Shown: positions 45,001-56,268 of the stretch, in pieces
Layout: the number at the start of each line of letters is the position of its first letter
Numbering within the stretch: the first letter of the stretch is position 1
NCBI GenBank assembly: GCA_964016885.1
Contig: OZ024765.1
Coordinates: 23,735,551-23,799,550 of the forward strand
Direction: 5' to 3'
Length of the DNA: 64,000 nt
Source: Eledone cirrhosa
Taxonomy: Eukaryota
Program-made: the position numbers and the translations under genes
The notes under the pieces: model-generated
Database searches by the model: none
Seen by the model: the letters and a program-made list of their open reading frames with translations, nothing else
What the model was told of the DNA's origin: nothing

Positions 45001-48000
45001 AGAATTCTGGTCGGTTTAAATGTTAAAGAGTTAATCAACTTTCAGTGGATTACGTTCCAATTTCCTGGAAGCTATACAGTAGGAAGACCTGGGATGAGGT
45101 GATAAAAGCTGACCTGACACAATTGATGGAAGCTATGAAGTAGGAAGACCTGGGATGAGGTGATAAAAGCTGACCTCACACAATTGATGGAAGCTATGAA
45201 GTAGGAAGATCTAGGATGTGATAAAAGCTGACCTCAGACAATTGATGGAAGCTATGAAGTAGGAAGACATAGTTTGAGGTGATAAAAGCTGACCTCAGAC
45301 AATTGATGGAAGCTATGCCGTAGGAAGACCTGGGATGAGGTGATAAAAGCTGACCTCACACAATTGATGGAAGCTATGAAGTAGGAAGACATAGTTTGAG
45401 GTGATAAAAGCTGACCTCAGACAATTGATGGAAGCTATGAAGTAGGAAGACCTGGGATGAGGTGATAAAAGCTGACCTCCCACAATTGATGGAAGCTATG
45501 AAGTAGGAAGATCTAGGATGAGGTGATAAAAGCTGACCTCACACAATTGATGGAAGCTATGAAGTAGGAAGATCTATCATGAGGTGATAAAAGCTGACCT
45601 CAGACAATTGATTTGAAGCTATGAAGTAGGAAGACCTGGGATGAGGTGATAAAAGCTGACCTCAGACAATTGATGGAAGCTATGAAGTAGGAAGACCTGG
45701 GATGAGGTGATAGAAGCAGAGCTCCCACAATTGATGGAAGCTATGAAGTAGGAAGACCTGGGATGAGGTGATAAAAGCTGACCTGACACAATTGATGGAA
45801 GCTATGGAGCAGAAAGACCTAGGATGAGGTGATAAAAGCTGACCTCACGATTGATGGAAGTTATGAAGTAGGAAGATCTAGGATGAGGTGATAAAAACTG
45901 ACCTCAGACAATTGATAGAAGCTATGAAGTAGGAAGACCTGGGATGAGGTGATAAAAGCTGACCTCAGACAATTGATGGAAGCTATGAAGTAGGAAGACC
46001 TGGGATGAGGTGATAAAAGCTGACCTCACACAATTGATGGAAGCTATGGAGTAGGAAGACCTGGGATGAGGTGATAAAAGCTGACCTCACACAATTGATG
46101 GAAGCTATGGAGTAGGAAGACCTGGGATGAGGTGATAAAAGCTGACCTCAGACAATTGATGGAAGCTATGAAGTAGGAAGACCTGGGATGAGGTAATAAA
46201 AGCTGACCTCACACAATTGATGGAAGCTATAGAGTAGGAAGACCTGGGATGAGGTGATAAAAGTTGACCTCACACAATTGATGGAAGCTATGAAGTAGGA
46301 AGACCTAGTTTGAGGTGATAAAAGCTGACCTCAGACAATTGATAGAAGCTATGAAGTAGGAAGACCTGGGATGAGGTGATAAAAGCTGACCTCACACAAC
46401 TGATGGAAGCTATGAAGTAGGAAGATCTATCATGAGGTGATAAAAGCTGACCTTACACAATTGATGGAAGCTATGAAGTAGGAAGACCTGGGATGAGGTT
46501 ATAAAAGCTGACTTCACACAATTGATGGAAGCTATGAAGTAGGAAGACCTGGGATGAGGTGATAAAAGCTGACCTGACACAATTGATGGAAGTTATGGAG
46601 TAGGAAGACCTAGTCTGAGGTGATAAAAGCTGACCTCACACAATTGATGGAAGCTATGAAGCAGGAAGACCTGGGATGAGGTGATAAAAGCTGACCTCAC
46701 ATAATTGATGGAAGCTATGAAGTAGGAAGACCTGGGATGAGGTGATAAAAGCTGACCTCACACAACTCATGGAAGCTATGAAGTAGGAAGATCTAGTTTG
46801 AGGTGATAAAAGCTCACCTCACACAATTGATGGAAGCTATGAAGTAGGAAGATCTAGGATGAGGTGATAAAAGCTGACCTCAGACAACTGATGGAAGCTA
46901 TGAAGTAGGAAGACCTGGGATGAGGTGATAAAAGCTGAGCTCACACAACTGATGGAAGCTATGAAGTAGGAAGATCTAGGATGAGGTGATAAAAGCTGAC
47001 CTCAGATATTATTTATATTGAGAATACCTTAATATCAGTAAGAGTGGCTTGAACAGAAAAAGGGGACAGAATTCTGGTCGGTTTAAATGTTAAAGAGTTA
47101 ATCAACTTTCAGTGGATTACGTTCCAATTTCCTGGAAGCTATACAGTAGGAAGACCTGGGATGAGGTGATAAAAGCTGACCTGACACAATTGATGGAAGC
47201 TATGAAGTAGGAAGACCTGGGATGAGGTGATAAAAGCTGACCTCACACAATTGATGGAAGCTATGAAGTAGGAAGATCTAGGATGTGATAAAAGCTGACC
47301 TCAGACAATTGATGGAAGCTATGAAGTAGGAAGACATAGTTTGAGGTGATAAAAGCTGACCTCAGACAATTGATGGAAGCTATGCCGTAGGAAGACCTGG
47401 GATGAGGTGATAAAAGCTGACCTCACACAATTGATGGAAGCTATGAAGTAGGAAGACATAGTTTGAGGTGATAAAAGCTGACCTCAGACAATTGATGGAA
47501 GCTATGAAGTAGGAAGACCTGGGATGAGGTGATAAAAGCTGACCTCCCACAATTGATGGAAGCTATGAAGTAGGAAGATCTAGGATGAGGTGATAAAAGC
47601 TGACCTCACACAATTGATGGAAGCTATGAAGTAGGAAGATCTATCATGAGGTGATAAAAGCTGACCTCAGACAATTGATTTGAAGCTATGAAGTAGGAAG
47701 ACCTGGGATGAGGTGATAAAAGCTGACCTCAGACAATTGATGGAAGCTATGAAGTAGGAAGACCTGGGATGAGGTGATAGAAGCAGAGCTCCCACAATTG
47801 ATGGAAGCTATGAAGTAGGAAGACCTGGGATGAGGTGATAAAAGCTGACCTGACACAATTGATGGAAGCTATGGAGCAGAAAGACCTAGGATGAGGTGAT
47901 AAAAGCTGACCTCACGATTGATGGAAGTTATGAAGTAGGAAGATCTAGGATGAGGTGATAAAAACTGACCTCAGACAATTGATAGAAGCTATGAAGTAGG

Positions 48001-51000
48001 AAGACCTGGGATGAGGTGATAAAAGCTGACCTCAGACAATTGATGGAAGCTATGAAGTAGGAAGACCTGGGATGAGGTGATAAAAGCTGACCTCACACAA
48101 TTGATGGAAGCTATGGAGTAGGAAGACCTGGGATGAGGTGATAAAAGCTGACCTCACACAATTGATGGAAGCTATGGAGTAGGAAGACCTGGGATGAGGT
48201 GATAAAAGCTGACCTCAGACAATTGATGGAAGCTATGAAGTAGGAAGACCTGGGATGAGGTAATAAAAGCTGACCTCACACAATTGATGGAAGCTATAGA
48301 GTAGGAAGACCTGGGATGAGGTGATAAAAGTTGACCTCACACAATTGATGGAAGCTATGAAGTAGGAAGACCTAGTTTGAGGTGATAAAAGCTGACCTCA
48401 GACAATTGATAGAAGCTATGAAGTAGGAAGACCTGGGATGAGGTGATAAAAGCTGACCTCACACAACTGATGGAAGCTATGAAGTAGGAAGATCTATCAT
48501 GAGGTGATAAAAGCTGACCTTACACAATTGATGGAAGCTATGAAGTAGGAAGACCTGGGATGAGGTTATAAAAGCTGACTTCACACAATTGATGGAAGCT
48601 ATGAAGTAGGAAGACCTGGGATGAGGTGATAAAAGCTGACCTGACACAATTGATGGAAGTTATGGAGTAGGAAGACCTAGTCTGAGGTGATAAAAGCTGA
48701 CCTCACACAATTGATGGAAGCTATGAAGCAGGAAGACCTGGGATGAGGTGATAAAAGCTGACCTCACATAATTGATGGAAGCTATGAAGTAGGAAGACCT
48801 GGGATGAGGTGATAAAAGCTGACCTCACACAACTCATGGAAGCTATGAAGTAGGAAGATCTAGTTTGAGGTGATAAAAGCTCACCTCACACAATTGATGG
48901 AAGCTATGAAGTAGGAAGATCTAGGATGAGGTGATAAAAGCTGACCTCAGACAACTGATGGAAGCTATGAAGTAGGAAGACCTGGGATGAGGTGATAAAA
49001 GCTGAGCTCACACAACTGATGGAAGCTATGAAGTAGGAAGATCTAGGATGAGGTGATAAAAGCTGACCTCAGATATTATTTATATTGAGAATACCTTAAT
49101 ATCAGTAAGAGTGGCTTGAACAGAAAAAGGGGACAGAATTCTGGTCGGTTTAAATGTTAAAGAGTTAATCAACTTTCAGTGGATTACGTTCCAATTTCCT
49201 GGAAGCTATACAGTAGGAAGACCTGGGATGAGGTGATAAAAGCTGACCTGACACAATTGATGGAAGCTATGAAGTAGGAAGACCTGGGATGAGGTGATAA
49301 AAGCTGACCTCACACAATTGATGGAAGCTATGAAGTAGGAAGATCTAGGATGTGATAAAAGCTGACCTCAGACAATTGATGGAAGCTATGAAGTAGGAAG
49401 ACATAGTTTGAGGTGATAAAAGCTGACCTCAGACAATTGATGGAAGCTATGAAGTAGGAAGACCTGGGATGAGGTGATAAAAGCTGACCTTACACAATTG
49501 ATGGAAGCTATGAAGTAGGAAGATCTAGGATGTGATAAAAGCTGACCTCAGACAATTGATGGAAGCTATGAAGTAGGAAGACCTGGGATGAGGTGATAAA
49601 AGCTGACCTCACACAACTGATGGAAGCTATGAAGTAGGAAGATCTAGGATGTGATAAAAGCTGACCTCAGACAATTGATCGAAGCTATGAAGTAGGAAGA
49701 CCTGGGATGAGGTGATAAAATCTGGCCTCACACAACTGATGGAAGCTATGAAGTAGGAAGACATAGTTTGAGGTGATAAAAGCTGACCTCAGACAATTGA
49801 TGGAAGCTATGCCGTAGGAAGACCTGGGATGAGGTGATAAAAGCTGACCTCACACAATTGATGGAAGCTATGAAGTAGGAAGACATAGTTTGAGGTGATA
49901 AAATTGACCTCAGACAATTGATGGAAGCTATGAAGTAGGAAGACCTGGGATGAGGTGATAAAAGCTGACCTCCCACAATTGATGGAAGCTATGAAGTAGG
50001 AAGATCTAGGATGATGTGATAAAAGCTGACCTCACACAATTGATGGAAGCTATGAAGTAGGAAGATCTATCATGAGGTGATAAAAGCTGACCTCAGACAA
50101 TTGATTTGAAGCTATGAAGTAGGAAGACCTGGGATGAGGTGATAAAAGCTGACCTCACACAATTGATGGAAGCTATGAAGTAGGAAGACCTGGGATGAGG
50201 TGATAAAAGTTGACCTCACACAATTGATGGAAGCTATGAAGTAGGAAGACCTAGTTTGAGGTGATAAAAGCTGACCTCAGACAATTGATGGAAGCTATGA
50301 AGTAGGAAGACCTGGGATGAGGTGATAAAAGCAGAGCTCCCACAATTGATGGAAGCTATGAAGTAGGAAGACCTGGGATGAGGTGATAAAAGCTGACCTG
50401 ACACAATTGATGGAAGCTATGGAGCAGAAAGACCTAGGATGAGGTGATAAAAGCTGACCTCACGATTGATGGAAGTTATGAAGTAGGAAGATCTAGGATG
50501 AGGTGATAAAAACTGACCTCAGACAATTGATAGAAGCTATGAAGTAGGAAGACCTGGGATGAGGTGATAAAAGCTGACCTCAGACAATTGATGGAAGCTA
50601 TGAAGTAGGAAGACCTGGGATGAGGTGATAAAAGCTGACCTCACACAATTGATGGAGGCTATGAAGTAGGAAGACCTGGGATGAGGTGATAAAAGCTGAC
50701 CTCAGACAATTGATGGAAGCTATGAAGTAGGAAGATCTGGGATGAGGTAATAAAAGCTGACCTCACACAATTGATGGAAGCTATGGAGTAGGAAGACCTG
50801 GGATGAGGTGATAAAAGTTGACCTCACACAATTGATGGAAGCTATGAAGTAGGAAGACCTAGTTTGAGGTGATAAAAGCTGACCTCAGACAATTGATAGA
50901 AGCTATGAAGGAGGAAGACCTGTGATGAGGTGATAAAAGCTGACCTCACACAACTGATGGAAGCTATGAAGTAGGAAGATCTATCATGAGGTGATAAAAG

Positions 51001-52286
51001 CTGACCTTACACAATTGATGGAAGCTATGAAGTAGGAAGACCTGGGATGAGGTTATAAAAGCTGACTTCACACAATTGATGGAAGCTATGAAGTAGGAAG
51101 ACCTGGGATGAGGTGATAAAAGCTGACCTGACACAATTGATGGAAGCTATGAAGTAGGAAGACCTGGGATGAGGTGATAAAAGCTGACCTCACACAACTG
51201 ATGGAAGCTATGAAGTAGGAAGATCTAGTTTGAGGTGATAAAAGCTCACCTCACACAATTGATGGAAGCTATGAAGTAGGAAGATCTAGGATGAGGTGAT
51301 AAAAGCTGACCTCAGACAACTGATAGAAGCTATGAAGTAGGAAGACCTGGGATGAGGTGATAAAAGCTGAGCTCACACAACTGATGGAAGCTATGAAGTA
51401 GGAAGATCTAGGATGAGGTGATAAAAGCTGACCTCAGATATTATTTATATTGAGAATACCTTAATATCAGTAAGAGTGGCTTGAACAGAAAAAGGGGACA
51501 GAATTCTGGTCGGTTTAAATGTTAAAGAGTTAATCAACTTTCAGTGGATTACGTTCCAATTTCCTGGAAGCTATACAGTAGGAAGACCTGGGATGAGGTG
51601 ATAAAAGCTGACCTGACACAATTGATGGAAGCTATGAAGTAGGAAGATCTGGGATGTGATAAAAGCTGACCTCAGACAATTGATGGAAGCTATGAAGTAG
51701 GAAGACATAGTTTGAGGTGATAAAAGCTGACCTCAGACAATTGATGGAAGCTATGAAGTAGGAAGACCTGGGATGAGGTGATAAAAGCTGACCTTACACA
51801 ATTGGTGGAAGCTATGAAGTAGGAAGATCTAGGATGTGATAAAAGCTGACCTCAGACAATTGATGGAAGCTATGAAGTAGGAAGACATAGTTTGAGGTGA
51901 TAAAAGCTGACCTCAGACAATTGATGGAAGCTATGAAGTAGGAAGACCTGGGATGAGGTGATAAAAGTTGACCTCACACAACTGATGGAAGCTATGAAGT
52001 AGGAAGATCTAGGATGTGATAAAAGCTGACCTCAGACAATTGATCGAAGCTATGAAGTAGGAAGACCTGGGATGAGGTGATAAAAGCTGACCTCCCACAA
52101 TTGATGGAAGCTATGAAGTAGGAAGATCTAGGATGAGGTGATAAAAGCTGACCTCACACAATTGATGGAAGCTATGAAGTAGGAAGATCTATCATGAGGT
52201 GATAAAAGCTGACCTCAGACAATTGATTTGAAGCTATGAAGTAGGAAGACCTGGGATGAGGTGATAAAAGCTGACCTGACACAATT
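1..52286 (+). repeat. Satellite array of a 61-bp monomer (consensus GGAAGCTATGAAGTAGGAAGACCTGGGATGAGGTGATAAAAGCTGACCTCACACAATTGAT), roughly 800 copies; probably extends beyond the left window edge
   Basis: Head-to-tail repeats with a 61-bp period and recurrent 58/59/62-bp indel variants. Consensus has 40/61 purines on the + strand and no CpG. Ends at ...GACCTGACACAATT (52286). Confidence 0.99.
78..203 (+). repeat. ~126-bp non-satellite spacer, first of 25 near-identical copies inside the array
   Basis: TATTATTTATATTGAGAATACC...GAATTC...GGTTTAAATGTTAAAGAGTTAATC...CCAATTTCC. Copies start at 78, 2137, 3961, 6020, 9364, 11431, 13490, 14991, 16385, 19168, 20385, 21480, 24943, 25855, 26824, 27736, 31507, 35277, 37222, 40446, 42632, 44940, 47007, 49074 and 51439. 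Confidence 0.97.
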
Positions 52287-52360
52287 ACACTTCTCAAAGA
52301 CAATGACACAGGATCGAGATCTTTGTTGTTATACAGTAATATAGAAGACCAGCCTTCCCT
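52287..52360 (+). mobile_element. RTE-clade LINE 3' remnant contiguous with the last satellite monomer
   Basis: Reading through from the last monomer gives RKTWDEVIKADLTQLHFSKTMTQDRDLCCYTVI*KT. 52271-52350 aligns ungapped (66/80 by eye) to the reverse complement of 59198-59277. Confidence 0.9.
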
Positions 52361-52429
52361 AGCATTGGTATCAATGACTCCCACATGGACATCAATACAC
52401 ATCTATATATACACACCTAACATATTGAA

Positions 52430-52612
52430 GACCCACGTGGGTCACAAATGACCATGTGATTTGCAACTAGAAAGTTCCCCTCCAAGGCACAAGTCTGGTT
52501 GTTTGAGGAAGACCAGCAGTCACCCAAGTATATCAGTCTACCCTCTCCACATCACTGATGATGTCCAAGGGAAAGGCAATGGCTGACAGCTTGACACCAG
52601 TGACATCACAAC
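52430..52612 (-). mobile_element. Probable SINE body/3' fragment
   Basis: Higher-GC block (GGTCACAAATGACC...GGAAGACCAGCAGTC...CCAAGGGAAAGGC...CACCAGTGAC) resembling an abundant octopus SINE recalled from memory; not verified by search. Confidence 0.45.
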
Positions 52613-53019
52613 ATATATATATACTTATATCCCAGACATCCATAGATTATTTCTATTCTACAGCTATCTCTCTTTCCCAATTTCAAAATGTTCTGTTTAC
52701 ATTATTATTATTATCATTCACTTGTTTCCACAACATATAGACTTCGACCTTGTTTTTTATATAAACCATGTCTCTTTCGCTACAAACTCATCCCTAACCC
52801 CCGCCATTACCTCCCCTTTCTCTCACTCATTCATTTCGGTGTTTATGAAGCTAGGTGACCATCTTTGAAATTCTTGCATATTTGTCTTGTTTAATAAACC
52901 TACTTATATCTGCTTATTTCCTCCGAATCTCATGTGATGATATATGTCATGATGGCTACCTATCTCACAATTTCCCACTCACCACCATAGGCTATTTGAC
53001 CAATCAAACCACAGCAACA

Positions 53020-54018
53020 TGTCCTTACCCATTACCAGCTCCAACAAACTCTGTCATTACGACTACTGTCTTTCTAGCCCTTACCAGTCCCAACAAACTC
53101 TGCCATTACTACTACTGTCCGTCTAGCCCTTACTAGCCCCAACAAACTCTGCCATTACTACTACTGTCCTGCTAGACCTTACCATCCCCAACAAACTCTG
53201 CCATTACTACTACTGTCCTTCTAGCCGTTACCAGCCCCAACAAACTCTGCCATTACTACTACTGTCCTTCTAGCCCTTACCAGTCCCAACAAACTCTGCC
53301 ATTACTACTACTGTCCTGCTAGACCTTACCATCCCCAACAAACTCTGCCATTACTACTACTGTCCTTCTAGCCGTTACCAGCCCCAACAAACTCTGCCAT
53401 TACTACTACTGTCCTTCTAGCCCTTACTAGCCCCAGCAAACTCTACTATTACTACTACTGTCCTTCTAGCCGTTACCAGCCCCAACAAACTCTGCCATTA
53501 CTACTACTGTCCTTCTAGCCCTTACTAGCCCCAACAAACTCTGCCATTACTACTACTACTGTCCTTCTAGCCCTTACTAGCCCCAACAAACTCTGCTATT
53601 ACTACTACTGTCCTTCTAGCCCCAACAAACTCTGCTATTACTACTACTTTCCTTCTAGACCTTACCAGCCCCAAAAAACTCTGCCATTACTACTACTGTC
53701 CTTCTAGCCCCAACAAACTCTGCTATTACTACTACTGTCCTTCTAGCCCTTACCAGCCCCAACAAACTCTGCCATTACTACTACTGTCCTAGACCTTACC
53801 AGCCCCAACAAACTCTGCCATTACTACTACTGTCCTTCTAGACCTTACCAGCCCCAACAAACTCTGCCATTACTACTACTGTCTTTCTAGACCTTACCAG
53901 CCCCAACAAACTCTGCCATTACTACTACTGTCCTTCTAGCCCTTACTAGCTCCAACAGACTCTGCTATTACTACTACTGTCCTTCTAGCCGTTACCAGCC
54001 CCAACAAACTCTGCCATT
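53020..54018 (+). repeat. 49-bp minisatellite (CCCCAACAAACTCTGCCATTACTACTACTGTCCTTCTAGCCCTTACCAG), about 20 copies
   Basis: Period 49 (e.g. CCAACAAACT at 53041 and 53090), internal (TAC)n, a few shortened units. Confidence 0.97.
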
Positions 54019-54048
54019 GCTCTAACCACTAAGCCATGATACCTTCCA
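54019..54048 (-). mobile_element. tRNA-derived SINE head fragment with Pol III A-box
   Basis: Reverse complement reads TGGAAGGTATCATGGCTTAGTGGTTAGAGC. TGGCTTAGTGG (54026-54036) matches the A-box TGGCNNAGTGG. The minisatellite occupies the B-box position. Confidence 0.6.
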
Positions 54049-54221
54049 GAACCAACCGTGATATAGAGAGACCAATAAGACATTTGTTCATAATTAAAGC
54101 CTTAACATGTCCCTTCTTTACGATATACACTTTAATAATGAAACTTATTTAATAAGTTTAAAATTTAAACACTTTTTATTCAGACATACAGCGATAAGAA
54201 AATAGATATGTTCTAACGAAT

Positions 54222-54334
54222 AATCCGCGATGTGGCGAGGATTACCGCGATAGGAAATTAGATACGTTTCAAAGAAATATTCGCGATGTAACGGGACCGC
54301 GAAAAGTGAACCGCGATATAGCTGGTGATTACTG
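54222..54334. mobile_element. Tc1/mariner pogo/Tigger-like terminal fragment (MITE end)
   Basis: Ends ...CCGCGATATAGCTGGTGATTACTG|TA (reverse complement TA|CAGTAATCACCAGCTATATCGCGG), the typical Tigger TIR pattern with repeated CGCG subterminal motifs. The other end was not found. Confidence 0.55.
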
Positions 54335-54460
54335 TATATATACACACACAATATACATTTATCTATATACACTCATAACATTTATTTCGATGTTTGATAT
54401 TAAAATGTTGACTGAGGGTGACAACTGTTTCTTGTGTGAGGTTGTTCCAGTGGTTGAAAT

Positions 54461-54739
54461 ATAGACGGAGGTTTTTTAAATAATAAAGACAGTCATGATA
54501 ACAATATATTTTATATCACATGTAACAGTGGAATCTGGTTAATTACTGGATCGTTGTAGGGTTCACATAATTATATTATTTACACACATTAATATAGACA
54601 TTAAGTAAATCTTTGTCAACTTACCTCCATCACATATAATCAATGTGTTGTGTTGTTAGGTTTTACTAAACAACCAAAGAAATAATCTCTTTGTTATCAA
54701 ATTAGAAGTTTCAAAGATGTTATCAGCTTTATTTCACGA
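54461..54739 (+). repeat. 279-bp direct duplication, copy 1
   Basis: ATAGACGGAG...TTTATTTCACGA is repeated at 55322-55599 with about 10 differences. Confidence 0.95.
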
Positions 54740-55194
54740 GAGAGGATAGGATTGAAGTTTAGAGAGCTACTTCCACTGTTGGCAAATACAGGTTTCTCCC
54801 TACGTACAAAGATGTTGGCTGTACAATGCTTGTGTGTAAAGTGCAATACTGCATGGAAGTGAAGATTGGGCAGTAACTGCAGAAGACATGCATAAGCTGG
54901 GGAGAAATGGAGCAACCATGATTCGTTGGGTGTGCAACGTAAATGTGAGAGGAAGGCAGAGCTTGGATAAAATGAGGAAGAAATTGGTAATCACTGGTTA
55001 AAGAAGTGCCACGGAAAACCAGAGAAGGGAAGCCATACTAGAGGGAGACCAGGGTAGATGTGGTGAGAGCTGATCTCAAATTGCTGAGACTCACAGATAA
55101 CGAAGGAACAAGCGAGTGGGGAGATGTTGTGCTTAAAAGGACCCATCCAACCCATGCCATGATTGAAAAACGGACGTAAAACTATGATGATGAT
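54740..55194 (+). mobile_element. 5'-truncated, degenerate RTE LINE fragment
   Basis: Translates RIGLKFRELLPLLANTGFSLRTK..LYNACV*SAILHGSEDWAVTAEDM..MIRWVCNV..RGRP and ends CGGACGTAAAAC plus an (ATG)n tail. Confidence 0.9.
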
Positions 55195-55321
55195 ATAGAT
55201 GAAGTAAATTATATCAAAATAGATTTAGACTAAAACGAACAAAACTTCCCTGAAACAACAACAAGGTACAGCTAAATATAAAATATATTTTATAATGTAA
55301 GGTAGTGAACCACATAATTAA

Positions 55322-55599
55322 ATAGACGGAGTATTTTAAATAATAAAGACAGTCATGATAACAATATATTTTATATCACATGTAACAGTGGAATCTGGTT
55401 AATTACTGGATCGTTGTATTTTTCACATAATTATATTATTTACATACATTAATATAGACATTAAGTAAATCTTTGTCAACTTACCACCTTCAGATATAAT
55501 CAATGTGTTGTGTTGTTAGGTTTTACTAAACAACCAAAGAAATAATCTCTTTGTTATCAAATTAGAAGTTTCAAAGATGTTATCAGCTTTATTTCACGA
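55322..55599 (+). repeat. 279-bp direct duplication, copy 2
   Basis: Matches 54461-54739, then continues into unique sequence. Confidence 0.95.
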
Positions 55600-56268
55600 C
55601 ATTAACGTTGGTGTATCTTCTTCATCTTTAGTCATAAATTGATATCTTGTCAGAATGAAGTAGTGAAGCTGACTTTATGTCTTTAGCTACAGATCTGATA
55701 TGAAATATATATATATTAGGTTGATATGTGGTCTAAAATATATATATTGTCTATAAATGATTGATAGCAGATGTCCTGGTGAAATAGTAGTTTTACTACT
55801 ACAGATTGTAATGGAACTCTTAGTAGACACAATTGTAAAGAAAGAATAGATATGACAGTGTAAGACTGATGTCGGGGAATTAAAATTGTGTGTATATATA
55901 TATAATTGTTACACAAGATATAATTAGATTAGATTAATTAAAGTTATAATGAAGACAGCAGGTACCCGGTGTCGTTGGGAATGTTTCAACTCTCGTACCG
56001 GTGTCGTACGTTAAAAGTCTCTGATATAATTTAACACCTTCAGACAGTTACAATAGTATTTAATTTATTGTAAATCAGAAAGTATCACTCAGTAAAATAT
56101 CAATTATATATCAATAAGAAAACCTCTATGTAGTCTCCCTTAACTGCTAGAAACAGCAGTGATATTATCCAATACAACTGCTATCTCTCTCTCTATATAT
56201 ATATTTATATATATACGCACACATATGGACGTATGTATGTAAATGTGTATACAACTCTTATGTGTATG

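Noticed and set aside
1-52286. CRISPR-like repeat/spacer array
   Set aside because: The repeats are contiguous and the 'spacers' are near-identical copies, not unique. There are no cas genes and the context is eukaryotic.
49746-52402. Minus-strand ORFs 49746-49976 and 52172-52402, or a giant repetitive protein
   Set aside because: The 61-bp unit cycles through all frames with stops on both strands (two per 183 bp on minus). These ORFs are chance extensions caused by indel variants.
52855-54018. Thr/Pro-rich mucin-like CDS from the minisatellite
   Set aside because: The 49-bp unit is not a multiple of 3 and hits stops.
55955-56020. Short GTACC(C)GGTGTCGT direct repeat, possibly a Helitron/SINE scrap
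   Set aside because: Too short to classify.
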